Assembly: GCA_030770535.1 (NCBI GenBank)
Contig: JASVEC010000020.1
Coordinates: forward strand, 310,001-374,000
Origin: Batkoa obscura
Lineage: Eukaryota
DNA length: 64,000 bases
Reading direction: 5' to 3'
The translations under genes were made by a program, and so were the position numbers. Shown piece by piece: positions 23,856 through 37,700 of the stretch (position 1 is the first letter of the stretch; each line of letters opens with the position of its first letter). The notes under the pieces were generated by a model, which saw nothing but the letters and a program-made list of their open reading frames with translations, was not told the DNA's origin and made no database searches.

Positions 23856-24681
23856 GTTTTTTAACTGTCCACTGTCTTGCTATTACTAAATATTTTATTA
23901 AAATTAGTGTTTGGTTTTTTTGCCCCAACTAATCAAATTACTTCTTTATCAGTTTATTCTCCTTTTTTATCTTAACTTACAAAACGTTAATATAGTATTT
24001 AATACGACCATACTTGGTATTAATAGTATTTTAATTAGAATAGTATACAAACTGTAAAAGTTATAATCTAGCTTTATATATTTTTAGTTCAGAGTAATAA
24101 ATTTGATTCTCCTTGCTCTTCAACCTATATATTATAACCAAGTAATCCTATAAGTGACACTAAAAAATATTAAGTATACTACCTGTTCATTATTGAAGCA
24201 TTATATTTGAGCCAAAAACCTTTAAGTTTAGGGACTATTAAATCCCTACTATTATACTTTAAAGAATCTTTGAAATTTAGTACAAAATTAATTTTTAGAG
24301 TCCAAATACTATTTATGTTTACAGCCAACGTTTGATAATATGCCACTCATGCATGTACCTTTGTAGTACAATTATTAACTCTGTTTGTAACTTACATTCA
24401 AATATTGCCCAAATAAAAAATTTGACAATTGTTCTTATTTGATTTTTCAAGGTTTTTTATCAGTGATTATGAAATAAAAAGATTTAATGCTAAGTAAATT
24501 AGGAATAAGCAGGGAAACAGACTGATTGGGCAAATCAATTAGTAACTATTGTCTATTAAAAATTGTATAAGCCAATAATATCATTTAATTAAAATCAACT
24601 CAATTTAAAACCATTCTTTTTTATTACAATAGTATATAGAAGTTAATAAAAGTATAGCACTAGTTCAATAACATTAATAAA

Positions 24682-27600
24682 ATGGATTCTGACGACGAGT
24701 TTTTTGATGAATGTCCAATTTGTTATGAAGAAATAGACATTAAAGATTCAAATTTCAAACCTTGTCTATGCAGCTTTAAGGTATTATTAATTCTTTTTGA
24801 TTCTTTTAAATTAATCCAAAAAGATCTGTTACTTCTGCTATGATCGTTTAGTGGCTAAAAATGAGCCATGCCCTGCATGTCGTAGAGAATATAAAAAAGA
24901 ATATATAACTTACGAACCTATTTCGGAAGAAAAGTAAAATAATTAAATTTTACAAAAGCAAATTTAAACATTTAATAGAATAGCAAAATACGAAGCTAAA
25001 AAAAGAAAGGAGCTTGGTTTGGATGATGATGACAAAAAATTCATGAGAAATGCTAGGATAACGCAGTATAATTTAGTATATATACAAGGGCTCCCAGAAA
25101 AATATGCAAATATTGAAGTAAGTTTTAAAAGTTTAATGGTAGTTTATTAATATCATTAGAACTTGAAAAAACATGAATGTTTTGGACGTTATGGAAAAAT
25201 TACAAAGCTTGTATTTGCTAATAAGAAACCTGAAACAGATAAAAATGGAAGTTTGTATATAACTTACTCTACTAAAGCTGAAGCTGAAAATGCAATTCGA
25301 GAAATCCATAATCATCCCATATTTGGAGGAATAACAAAGTAATATTGCAAGATTATTTTATTTTGACTAATTTAAACTTTAGAGCCTCATTTGGTACTAC
25401 AAAATATTGTAAATTTTACTTGAGGAAAATACCTTGTCCAAACAGTGGATGTCTTTATTTACATGATAAACAATTACCTGAAGAAGTTGGCACAAATGCA
25501 CACTCAGCTCAAAGGTAACTTGAATAATATTCGTTGTTTTTTTAACATTTAATATTTTAGTAAAATAAAACATACAACCATAAAAAATACAACTGGAAAA
25601 CAGAAAACTAGTACTTTATCAATGGTATCTATTCCACAGGCTAAAGCAAAGTCTACTGGTATTAATATTTCTTGTTGCTTACTTATGAAATTAACTATTT
25701 TTAGGATCAATGTTACCAAAATCTGTGGGTTGGGCAAAAGGAACAGCCTTTAATTCACATGAAAATGATACCAAGTCAGTGCTTTCTCAAAGTAATGAGT
25801 TTCCGGATTTACGAGCCGCTACAACAACAAAACCAAAAGTTGTTCCGCCTGTTAAGAAAGCTGCCAAAGCTCCAGCAATATCTAGGCCTACAACCTCCAT
25901 ACCTGAGACAATTCCATCAAATGACTCTGAAGATGAGCGTTTTGAAAGTGAAGATGAAATAATCAACGAATCAAATCCAATCTCTGGTTCACATGAAGGT
26001 GGCGATAGTGAACCTGTATCACATAATAATGAAAATATACAACCATCACCAAATAAAGTTACTGATCCCACTATGGAAGAGAATAAAGCATCGCCTGTGT
26101 CTTTAATTAATATTGAGAAAGCAGCTGATCTAGAGATAACGGCTCGCTTGGAAATCAAAGATGTCGAAGAGGGAGTTTCATTAGAGCATTCTACAAAGGA
26201 AATGCCTGCTGAGGATAACAAGAATTTAGAAGTGGTTAAAGAAGCTGAGGGCGAGAAAAACATCGAACCATCAATAGAATTAAAGGATACAATAACTATT
26301 CAACGTCCGGAATTCAACCGAGGCCCATCTCCACGTTCTAGTTTTAGTACATTAAAAATAGATGATATTAGAAGAATAGATTTCCCAAGAAGATGTACAA
26401 TACATTATTTCAAGGATCTCAACAGTACAGATAATATAAATCCAATCTTAGAGAGAAGTATAGATCAATTAGATTATAGGCATATAAATACACCTGAGAG
26501 TCTTAATGTTAGTAATATTGATCTAAACCAAGATATAATAACATCACAAAATAATACAAACTATGTCAAAGAACAAGCTAAAGTTACTGCTTCGATAAAA
26601 TTTGTTGAAAGAATAATTGATAGTCCAAACTCATCTTATGGTCAATCACATATGTTTGAAGTTCAACCTAATCTTGAAGTTGGTTTAGTTAATGGAAGGG
26701 AAGAGATATCTCTTGATGAACTATTCCAAATAGCTACTCCAATGTCTCAAATTGCAGAACATCAATACACAAATGGTGATGAAGAGGTAGAAGGAAAGAA
26801 CCAAAATCGAGAACAGGTTAGTAATAATATAAATTTGGAACAATACCAAAATATAAATAGCAATAGCATAGAAACTGAGCAACCTTTACCTCCTAATCAT
26901 AGCCAAAACTTTAGATATATGCATCCAGGAAACAGTAATAATCCAGCTCATATGTTACCAAATAATTACATAAGCATGGACAGTAAAAATCAGCATCAAA
27001 ATATGATAGGACCTCATAATCAGGGAGTAATGAATAGCATTGAATATCAAAATAGATATAATTATAACCAAAATGTTCCTGTTGATCAAAATATTAAATC
27101 TTTTGAACATGTGGCCCATCGTCCTGAGTATAAATTACCTCAGGGAAATGAAATTTCAGCTCTACACCCAACCAATATGCCTATGCATCCTCCACTTCAA
27201 CGCCCATACTACCCCATGGTTCCTCCAAATCAAGGCATACCACATGGTTACATACCGCGACCTGCTTATCATGGCCCTATGGCCTATCCGCTTCCAAGAC
27301 CCAATGTTATTCCGATTCCACCTCAGTTGCCTCCTATGAACCATATGCCAAATCATCCTTTTAATGGGCATATCCAATACCCATCCTTAAATAATATGTA
27401 TATGAATCCAAACCAAATGCACAACTATGGTCCTCACAATGAAAGCCCACGTTTATCAGGGGAGGGCCCAGAAGGAGAGGAAGATATTGTAGATTTAGAT
27501 AACTCAGAGTCTCAAGAAAGTAAGGTAGCTAATATTAAAAAAGAAGGTATTTAAAAATATACATTTTTTTTCAATGTTTTAATTATTATAGAACTTTCTA

Positions 27601-28932
27601 CAAATATTGATAAAAATTATGTACAAAATAAGGAATCAAATTTAAATATTGAAAATCAACTTGATAGTGTAACATTAAAAACTAACGCAATTAACAAAAC
27701 TGCAGATCTACAATTAGAAGATAAAAAAATAAGATTTATTGAAGATTTATTATTTATCAGTAGCAAATCACAAATACCCGCTGGAATGCCAGTTCAAGAT
27801 TTTATTTTGGCAGAAGTAGTAAGATCTATCCCACATTATAAACAGACTCCTTTTAGCTCATCTTTGGAGATTATTACAATTTTGAAAAAAGTGGTAAAAG
27901 AAAGACTAATGCCTCAAATTAACTTTGATAGGTACAATTTTACAATCGCATCAAATGATCAAATTATGCTATCTATTAATCAAATAATTGAACTTCCAAA
28001 TCTACCTCAAGCAAACAATGGCATACATAATCAAAATGAAGTTAGATCAGGTAAGCTAGATTTCCTTAGTATTTAGGTTAGTAATTAATATTGATAAAAT
28101 GTATTAACTCACCTTTAAGTAGATAATGAAAAAGTAAATGCTAGCAAAACTGGGACAGAAGCAACCCTTGATAATCCTATACAGGATAAAATAACTGTGG
28201 AAACTAATGTAGTAATTTATAATCCTTTATTTGAATTTATTTAATAATTGAATTTAGGACTCAACCAAAGATCTAAAAAAGAAGGCTACTTTTGCTGACA
28301 AAGTCTTAGAGCACTGCGAAACTATGAAAACTGGAGTAAAAAATAAACCCATCGAAAAAACTAATGTTCTTAGAGAGAACGAATCAGTAGAAGCTTTAAA
28401 CAAAGATGAATCAAAAGTAGTCAATAATGAAGAAAAGATAGCAAATAATTTAGATATTAAATCTAAAGAAGAAAGTGAGCAAAAGAAATTTAAATTCACA
28501 AGCAACCCTCTATTTGAGATGAACTTTAAACCAACTTTAACCACCCTAGAAACTCCATTAACTAATGAGCAGTTAGAAATGATCTATAATGGATTAGGAT
28601 CTACTTATGATTATTTATCTACTTCCCTAAACACTCTTATTAGCACGGATAAATCATTAAATAATTTACTAACTCCTACAGTACCCGGAAAAAAAAAGGA
28701 TAGCTTACAAAGTAAAAGTGATAAATTAATGGTATTGCTTTTAAAGAAAGAGGAAGAAGAAGCTATATACCAATATTTTGAAGTGGATGCTTGCAAATCG
28801 GAATTATTATTAAAGAACAACAAATTTAGAAAAGATGTCAAAATGTTTCGAATTGATGCGTTAAAGATATTAGCTGTGTATGAAGCTATTGCTTCTACTT
28901 TTCAAAATATTTTAATGATTGAGATATTTTAA
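24682..28932 (+). CDS. NOT4: Not4/Mot2-like RING-RRM-C3H1 E3 ligase with long low-complexity C-terminus (multi-exon; 3' extent uncertain)
   Basis: Exons read CPICYEEIDIKDSNFKPCLCSFK/ICYFCY...CPACRREY (C4C4 RING), ARITQYNLVYIQGL...FGRYGKI...YITY (RRM) and ASFGTTKYCKFYLRKIPCPNSGCLYLH (C3H1). ORFs 25710-27554, 27786-28076 and 28324-28932 are probable downstream exons. Confidence 0.75.
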
Positions 28933-29165
28933 ATTATTTCGTTATTATTTTTACATTTTCCTATTTTTTATTTCAATAAAGCTTTTTCATCAAGTGTTAG
29001 ATTATCGTTTACCAGAGTTTAATTTATTATATTATAAGTTTACTGTATCAAAATTTTCACTTTTATTCTAAAGAATTATTTTAAACTTAAATAGATAAGT
29101 AGAATACAAGTACATAATAAATTCTAAGGATTTAATTTAGGTTAAAAATAGTTATAGTTTATGGA

Positions 29166-29743
29166 TATGGGGATAAATTTTTTAGTTTCATTCCTTTTTC
29201 CATTTTTTAAGCGCTATTTGAGTGGAAAGATTGTTAGTAAAACTCTTAGACAAGAAAATACATCTCCATATATTAAAAAAACATTCTGCTTTAACTATTA
29301 ACTGCTCTATTCAGCTTTATCCATATGTCTTCAACTTTAAATTAAATAAACATTAAGCATAAATCAAAATACCACCCTCAATCGTGAAAAAGAATAAAAA
29401 AGAGTTTTGAATCTATTGTTAGATACATGGGGATGTGTTTTTTTAAGAATTTTACTAACAAATCTTTCCACTCAAATAGCATTTAAAAAATGAAAAATAA
29501 TGAAATCAAAAAAAACGTCCCCATATAGTTTAGCAATTTATTCAAAAAAATCAAAATCGCAATACTACATCAATCTAGAAAAAAATTGATAGGTGTAAAT
29601 TAACTACTTTTCTATCTTTGTTTTTATTTTCTAATATTTGGGGCTGTTTTTTTTGATTTCATTATTTTTCCGTTTTTTAAGCACTATTTGTTGAGTGGAA
29701 AATTTGTTAGTAAAATTCTTAAACACAAAAATACATCCTCATT
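29166..29743. mobile_element. Three MITE A copies (29166-29270 +, 29426-29525 -, ~29637-29743 +)
   Basis: Consensus matches between the NOT4-like and syntaxin 3' ends. Confidence 0.85.
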
Positions 29744-29945
29744 TAATTTTTTTGATGTAAACTAAAATTCGAAATAAAATGCCACTACTGGAAACTAAGT
29801 TTTATAATAAGTAGAAATTTAATAACTTGCTTTGATACTCATATTTCGACATCTAATGACGTTGATAAAATGATCGAAAAATGGTTGAGGTAGGAGTATG
29901 TTTTAATATGAGATTACAACCTTTGGACTATTGTTTATCTTTAAA

Positions 29946-30874
29946 TTAACTAAGGCTTTTATATACAGCTATGATTATAATAATTATAACTACAATAATA
30001 ATTGCAGCAAGTATATATTTTTTCTAATAAAAATAAGCAATTATAAAACAAAAAAAATATCGAATACCTTTCTTGAGCTTTTAGCCAATTGAGTTGCTTG
30101 TACAAGCTGTTCATTAACCTCAACCAAATTTTCATTAGCTTCTACAACATGAGCTTCTATCTTTTCAATCAATATCTCTTGCTTTTCAACCATATATTGC
30201 ATTTCATGATATAAATTATTCAACTCTTCAATGCTTTTAACAATTTTTTGAATATCCATATGCCTATCTTGTACTTCTTTTAATGCTCTTTTGGCCTCTC
30301 CCCCGCGTGCTGATTGTAAGACCGATTGTGCAAATACTGATTCATTATTGTCTCCGTCAATTGCTTCTTTAATTTCTTCTTCAGTTGCCTCTGGACGTAC
30401 AATACGATATTGTCTTTCTATTCTTGCTTTTACTTGTTGACGATGCTTTTGTTCAACTTTTTGATAACTAGTAATACTATCCATAAACTGTTTTTTTAAA
30501 GTATTGTATTGAGTTTTACGAATATTATCTTCAGAAGGATTAGTCAACTTGGTATCAATTAAATGTTGTAAACAGGTTTTTATCAGTTGCATTAAAACAT
30601 GAGCTTCAGATGCCAATTGGTCTGTTTTATCACTGTGTTCTTTTTTATGTTGGTCTGATGCTACGTTTAAGGCTTGTTCATTTAAAATACTTATTTTTGC
30701 TATTATGGATTTAAAATCTTTAATATCACTTTTGATTTTCGAAATATCTGATAAATAAGAGGAATTATCTTCTGATATGAATGAGAGAGAAGTTTGATAA
30801 ATATTAGTCATTTCTAAATTATTGGAATTATTTTTAGTGGCTGCCTTTGCTTCTGCTAACCTGTCTCGTCCCAT
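29946..30874 (-). CDS. Plasma-membrane syntaxin (Sso1/Sso2-like t-SNARE), 2 exons
   Basis: MGRDRLAE N-peptide, RQYRIVRPEAT, SNARE motif EVQDRHMDIQKI. After an intron at ~30025-30068 the last exon gives TM anchor KYILAAIIIVVIIIIIIAVYKSLS*. Confidence 0.9.
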
Positions 30875-30920
30875 TTTTAATTATAGAAAATATTGAAATA
30901 TCAGGAGGTTTAATATAAAA

Positions 30921-31215
30921 ATATTGAAAAAGGTTTTTGAGTAGTTTTTAAATGAGCTATTTTGGGTTCATATAGGACTAATAACAAATTTATTGGAAAT
31001 ATTAGTTGTTACTATACTCTTAAAGAACATAATCATTATTAGCTTGATTCGGTAATTTACTCTAAATATATTGAAAAAGGTTTTTGAGTAGTTTTTAAAT
31101 GAGCTATTTTGGGTTCATATAGAACTAGTAACAAATTTATTAGAAATATTAGTTGTTACTATACTCTTAAAGAACATAATCATTATTAGCTTAATTCGGT
31201 AATTTACTCTAAATA
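30921..31215. repeat. Tandem direct duplication, period 147 bp, 2 copies
   Basis: ATATTGAAAAAGGTTTTTGAGTAG... starts at 30921 and again at 31068, with only a few substitutions. Confidence 0.92.
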
Positions 31216-31618
31216 TATTTTTAACATTTTTATATCCCTTTTACAATAATTTATTTTAAATCTTATCTTTGAAATATCCTTAACTATAAGCTTTGTACAG
31301 GTACCACACCAAGTTAATATTTGCGGATTATCCGAGAAATCTTTCATCTTTCTCTCTATTCGTAGAATGCAGGATTGCCTGGAATAAAATTTTAATTTTG
31401 CGTGACAAGATCGAGTAAGGACAAGAAAGGAAAAGACATTCGCCTTCTTTGGACGAGTAGTCCATTTGTTGGTTTTTATTTTATAGATTATACTTGGGAA
31501 TTTTGCTTTTTCGAAAGCAAAAAACTATAAATTTATTTGAAGTGTTGCTACTTTACCAATTTAAACATGAACTGGAGATTTAAGTTGCAGTTGCTAGATA
31601 TGAAAATAGAAATAACTA

Positions 31619-31824
31619 TATGGGAGTGTTTTTTTTGACTTCATTATTTCTTCCATTTTTTAAGTACTATTTAAGCGGAAAATTTGTTAGTAAAGTTCTT
31701 AAACACAAAAATACATCCCCATATGGAGGTGTTTTTTTGACTTCATTATTTTTTCCATTTTTTAAGCACTATTTGAATGGAAAATTTGTTAGTAAAATTT
31801 TTAAACACAAAATACATTCCCATA
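31619..31824 (+). mobile_element. Head-to-tail MITE A dimer
   Basis: Junction ...ACATCCCCA-TA-TGGAGGTG... with a single shared TA. Confidence 0.88.
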
Positions 31825-32088
31825 TCTAGATTCAGTTAGTTCAAAAACTAAAATGCCCAATTCATGTTTAAATTGAGTCAGTAGTGCAATTGTAATAAAT
31901 TACTCCCTAGTAGAGTATTTCTGTTAAAAATCACATATAATACTATTGTGGTGTATTTGGTTCTAATAAAAAGATTCTTTAAATCCCTGTATTCAACGTT
32001 ATAACGATTAAACTATTATTTTGAGTGCATTTTGCTCAAACTTTTATAACTTTGCTAGATATAAAAATATACCTAAGATCCTATTTCA

Positions 32089-32695
32089 TATAGGGAGAGG
32101 TATTTTTTGATCCCATCGCTTTTCCATTTTTCAAGCGCTGTTTGAATAGAATAATTGTTGGTAAAAATTTTAAAAAAAAAATATACCTCCATATATAAAT
32201 TTCAGAGCTATATCAAACTATTACATCGTGATCTTTACGTTCCCTTCTTTACTATTGCCTGATATCCGCTTCAGTTATCTTCTAAGAAATGGCCACCCTT
32301 GCTACAAACAATCTAGAAATAATAGAATTTAAAACTGGAACAAATAAAGATCACTATATTTAGTAACCGTGTTTATTTCAATTTATTTATTTTAAATACA
32401 ATACATCTAAAGTTATACTGCGTCATCTATTAATTATTTGACTATCATTATCGGCTCATCATATTGCTCCCTAACAAGGACAATAGTGTTTCTCATTATC
32501 TTATTTCTTACTGCTTGATATATCATACCTATTAAGGCGTAATATATTACAGTACCTCTCTTGGGCCATTCACCAGTCAATTTTATATATATATGGGAGT
32601 GTTTTTTTGGCTTCATTACTTTTTCCATCTTTTAAGCGCTATTTGAGTGGAAAAATTATTAGTAAAATTCTTAAATACAAAAATACATCGCTATA
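32089..32695 (+). mobile_element. Two MITE A copies (32089-32193, 32592-32695)
   Basis: Consensus matches. Confidence 0.82.
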
Positions 32696-32994
32696 TAATG
32701 CTTATATTTCATAGAGTTACACATATAAATCTAACGGTTGATTTTATTAAAAGTCATTTTTTTGATAAGAAACCAAGCTCATTTCATGATTTCTACTAAA
32801 ATAATAATATTTAAAAATAACAATAGAAATTTTGAAAATTATTTATTTATTTATTTAGTATACATGTTAGTAAAAGCTAATTACATAATCCAAATTATCA
32901 ACCCTTATTGCGATTGATCCTGTTTAAGATCAATTGATATAAAACTAGTACTAAAAATAAGGCTATATCTATCCATTAATCATTGTTTCCTCGT

Positions 32995-35046
32995 TTATAT
33001 CTTAAAAGCTTGAAATAATAAATTGGCAGCATACTTCTCCTTTTTGTTGAAAAGATAGCGATCCAATGAACCAGCGGGTACTTTTAAAGTATCAATCTCT
33101 TTGAGTTTTAAGGAAGAATTCGAGCTTCCATTTTTTCTATAAAATGAAGGTGAGTAAATTTCATTCTTAGTGCTTTGTTCTTGTAATAATTGGGTATAAT
33201 GCTGGTATCTTAATAAATTTTCGTTATATGTAATTACTGGAGATTTCTGTGGATTTGATTCTGGACTTGAATTCGTGGATGAGCTATTTTGAGTCAAAAA
33301 GTTTGATTTAAGCTCCAAATCAAGCATTGCTTTACCACTTTTGGGGGTTAGTTTATAGCTTAAAGTTTGATTTAAGTTTAGTACTTTTTTAATTTCTGAC
33401 CTTGAAATGTTAATATTCGTAAAATTCACTAATTCCATTTCTTCCATTGAATTGTTCAATGAGTGATATGTAGAATCCCTGTCCTTCAATTGGTATTCCA
33501 GTCGCTTGATTCGCTCTTTTTGCTGTTGATCCAATTTCTTATATTTCTCTATTTCTTCTAGTAAATACTGATTTGAATTTTGATTTTGGTATGTTATTAA
33601 TTGTCCATAATCGCGCTGTAATAGTATTAATTTCTGTTTACTATGACTCAATTCTTGTTCTAAACACTTAATTCTTTTGATCAGATAAGTTGAAGATTCG
33701 TCTATTGATATTAATATTAATACAAATAAATGTTTGAATAATATGAATTACCTCTTTTTATAATACTAGCCTCTTTTTCAACTGGGGCGGTGTTCTTTAC
33801 TTCATTTGCGTTTATTGTTTCCTTTAATCTTACTATCTCATCTTTTAATTGTGCTATCAATTGTTTATCTTGGTAAGCATCGTCGATTTTGTTTTTATGA
33901 GGGTTAAGTTGAATCTTCTTAGCCCTTGTTGCATAGTTTAGTGTATTCTAAAATAAATACCATTAATATTAGCAATTGATATAGCTTCAATTATTTACCA
34001 GCGTTTCATGATAATCCAATCGGTTATTATTGATACATGCTACCATTATCATCATATTTTTTTCTCCTAGACTATCTTGCAATAGTCGAGTTAATTTACT
34101 ATCTAAATAACGTTAGTAAAAGAACCAAGCACAATAGTATTTTATACCTCTATATGGAATGTGATTTTTTTTATTTTTTGACTTTACAGAAAGTGCATTG
34201 ATGACATTACCTAAGGCTAAAAGTCCAGAATTAATAAAAATTCCCTCTTTTAGCTGGAGGTCTACAGCCCCAGTTTTAGTAATCTAGGTGATAAGAAACA
34301 ATAGTTAATACCTAAATAAAGAGGAATTCAAATATAAAATATACCCTTTCCGATCCTGCCAAATCTACAAAATTGAGTTTGGAGCAAACTTTTGTAGTAG
34401 TATTAAATAGCTGTAGTGAAAAAATAGCATGCGATCTCGAAGAGATATGATTTTTATTTGTGGATCCAGTAGCCCGATTTTCAATCCCAAACTTTAAACA
34501 ATCCAATATTTCTTCTAAATTATGACATTGGAACTCTTTAGCATTATACCAAATAATATTGCCATTTTTGTCTTGCCTTATTAATATTTCCTCTTCCACA
34601 TTATCTTGACTATTGAAGTTGTATAACAAATCTTTTACTTTTTCATTATAAACTTCTAAAAATTGAATTTTAATGCTATACTCTTTTAACTTTGGTAATA
34701 AATCAATAATGAAATTTTGAATTAGCCCATATTTCTGAATTTCTTGATGTTCAGTCGAGGTCCCTAAAGTGTACGTTTTCCCAGTACTCGTTTGTCCATA
34801 CGTAAATAATGTTAAATTATATCCTTCAAGCATATTGTTTATATATGGTTTCAAAACACCTTGATAAATTTGTCGTTGATTTTGGTATTGAAATATTTTA
34901 TCAAAAGAATATTTTAATGCACCGGCGTTTAAATCATTAGGTGACTTGATGATTATCTCTTTATCATCGTGGTTGATAAAATTAAGGTCATCTATCCTTG
35001 TACTTCTTATTCTTAAATAAACTTTGATTTTAAGGGAATTAGTCAT
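32995..35046 (-). CDS. Kinesin motor protein (kinesin-4-like), multi-exon
   Basis: P-loop [20 protein letters not shown]. Later exons [50 protein letters not shown], then a coiled-coil tail. Confidence 0.88.
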
Positions 35047-35882
35047 TGTAATATTAAATTTAAAAATAAACTATCAAGCTCTTAATCATTTTATTTAGTC
35101 CTATTTGTTTTTATTTACTCGTTTCATAACTGTTATGTTTTTAGTTAACTTTCAAAACGAGATTTATTTTAAGTAACTAAAATCCAATCAATTTGCATCT
35201 ACTTTGCTTTTTACTGGCTAACTATTTATTTACTATTCAAAATATTAATTCAAACAATTATAAATTCAAAGCATCTAGAACAATCAACTATATCATTTTA
35301 CTTCAAGTTTTCAAATACAACTTTTTAAAGCTTGATCTTTTAAAACCTTTTCCTATATAACTTTTTTGAAACAAATGTGGATTTGGCTTTTAGAACCAAA
35401 TCAATAGATAATGCTAAATATGGTAAATCAAAAAAATTAATAGAAGCCAATTAAACCATTTGTACTTTGCAGCTGATAAAACTCTACCCCAAATATTTTA
35501 GACAAGTTTAGACAATAAGTATTAAAAACATTTGCTATAAATAAGTAGTAAAGGGTTTTTCATAACCCTTCTTTCGTATTTAAAAAAACACTTACAAGCT
35601 AATTCTATAAAAACTAGTTTCAGAATAAGTTGAATTTCAGCTAAAAATTACTATCTAAAGCAATATACTGCAATACTATAAAGCTTATTGTAAACGCAGT
35701 GAATTTACAATACATTTGATATTTAGGACAAATTTTCTTTGGTTATTTCCTAAATTTACCTGAATCATATAACATTGAATTTTAGCAAGTGTATAATAAT
35801 CTTTTAAAAATTACAAAAGGAATCCACTTTGATGCAAAGTTAAAATAAGTATTAATATTTTATTATTAATTGTTTAATTAAA

Positions 35883-35955
35883 GCCTTCTTGGCTCAGTTG
35901 GCAGAGCGTCCGCCTAGTAAGCGGAAGGTCATTGGTTCGATTCCGATAGAAGGCA
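35883..35955 (+). tRNA. tRNA-Thr(AGT)
   Basis: Cloverleaf GCCTTCT...AGAAGGC-A, anticodon arm TCCGC-CTAGTAA-GCGGA, T-loop GGTTCGATTCC, T-run downstream. Confidence 0.96.
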
Positions 35956-36892
35956 TATTCATATTTTCTTTTTACTGATTTTCACCCTACCAGCCTGTCT
36001 CAATAAAACTTTTAAGCTTTTATAGTTTTTTTTCGACAATAATCGAAAGTGGACAAGATTAAAACCTAGTACAAAAGTTTTTCAGTTAAAACTACACTAA
36101 TCTCAATTATGATATTTTGCAATCATAAAAAATATTAACCAAACTTTGAAAAAATTTTAAAACAGCTATAATAGGACAAAAAGCCTGTAAATGCTGAAAT
36201 TTTATGGTCACACAGTATTTGTAGCTTATTACTATAAAAGCTTTTTATCGTAGTAATTTTATTTTAAATTTATATAGAATAAGATTTTCGACAACTTTAA
36301 ATAAAAGATTCAACAATAACATCACATCTATTTACTTTTAAAGTTAAAATTGTGAAGCTTGGTACTCAATGATTGGAGTCAAAAACAGCTATTGCCTGGT
36401 TGACTACACTGTAAGTCGAAAGGTCTTAGTTTATGTGACTAATATAGACTTAGATTATGAAGAATACCATATAATAGGCTACAGACCATGTAAAACAAAT
36501 ACAATAGACTATACTAATATAAAATCTACGTAAAATACTATTAAGTAAACTTAGTGGCTTTATTAAATGTACGAGATACCAGGGAATAATTTAGTTAAAA
36601 AGCCTCGGAGCTACTATGTTCTAGGGTCTCTTTTATATTCCAACAAGTATGGATATCAAAACGGGGAGATAATATCCTTCGGAGTCATGGGATTGATTGT
36701 CTTTAAACTCGAGAACATAATAGCTTAGGTGATTATTGTGCTATAGTTAACCATGAGGCTGACAAAGTGATATTTCACAACTAAACATACTTTTTTAAAT
36801 GTTAGTATAGAATTTACGCAATTTATACAATTTTTTTAGAAGACTTTTTTATTGCTATATTTATTTTGTTTTCAAGTAATTTTTCTTAATTA

Positions 36893-37700
36893 TATGGGGC
36901 TGTTTTTTTTAGTTTCATTATTTTTCCATTTTTTAAGCGCTATTTGAGTGGAAAGATTGTAGTAAAATTCTTAAACAAAAAAACACATCCCCATATACTA
37001 GATGCACATGGCGATGTTTTTTTGTGTTTAAAAACTTTACCAACAGTTTTTCCACCCAAATAGTGCTTAAAGAATAAAAAGGTGAGGTCAAAAAAACACC
37101 TTCGTATATTAAAGCTATAGTCAATAATAATCCTATTTATTAGCTTTCGTTTCTTGTTTTCTTTAAACCATTAATTTTATACATTACTTGATTAAGTTTA
37201 TTATTGATAGTAATAAACTTTAATCATCTTTATTTTATTTTATTTTGTTACAGAATCCTATAAATTTTGGATTATTATAAATACCTGTTAAAATTAATAT
37301 AAGTGAATTATAATATTTATTAAAAATCCAATAAGAATAAAACAATTAAAATAGGTTTTTTAAGTTAAACTTTTTTTTATTCGATTTAAGCTTTTTAAAT
37401 TCAACTAACTATACAGGGGTGTTTTTCCTGATTCATCACTTTTTCCATTTTTTTAAAGCACTGTTTGGGTGGAAAGGCTGTCAGTAAAATACTCAAATAT
37501 ATTAAAGACTTGTAAATTTAAAGCTCAAAACCTAGGTTAATTTTTAAATAAATTCCGGAACTGATTTGGACATCCCCATATGAACTAAAATTAGTATATG
37601 GGGATGTTTTTTTTGTCTCCATTACTTTTTCCATTTTTAAGCGCTATTTGGGTGGAAAAATTATTATCAAAATTTTTGAACGAAAAAATATATCACCATA
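36893..37700. mobile_element. Four MITE A copies (36893-36995 +, 37006-37107 -, ~37410-37500 partial, 37597-37700 +)
   Basis: Consensus matches; the first two are in inverted orientation ~10 bp apart. Confidence 0.85.

Noticed and set aside
25759..27377. Overlapping and antisense ORFs within the NOT4-like gene (also 23570-23842, 28254-28841, 45073-45505, 51965-52300, 52714-52896)
   Set aside because: Shadow ORFs of real coding regions.
31289..31345. U4 snRNA call
   Set aside because: Only two short words match. The U6-pairing stems, K-turn and correctly placed Sm site were not found.
31620..31829. ORF with an internal duplicated peptide (also ORFs 36933-37124, 40725-40952, 32434-32628, 18516-18734)
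   Set aside because: These read through or begin in MITE A copies and are repeat-derived spurious ORFs.
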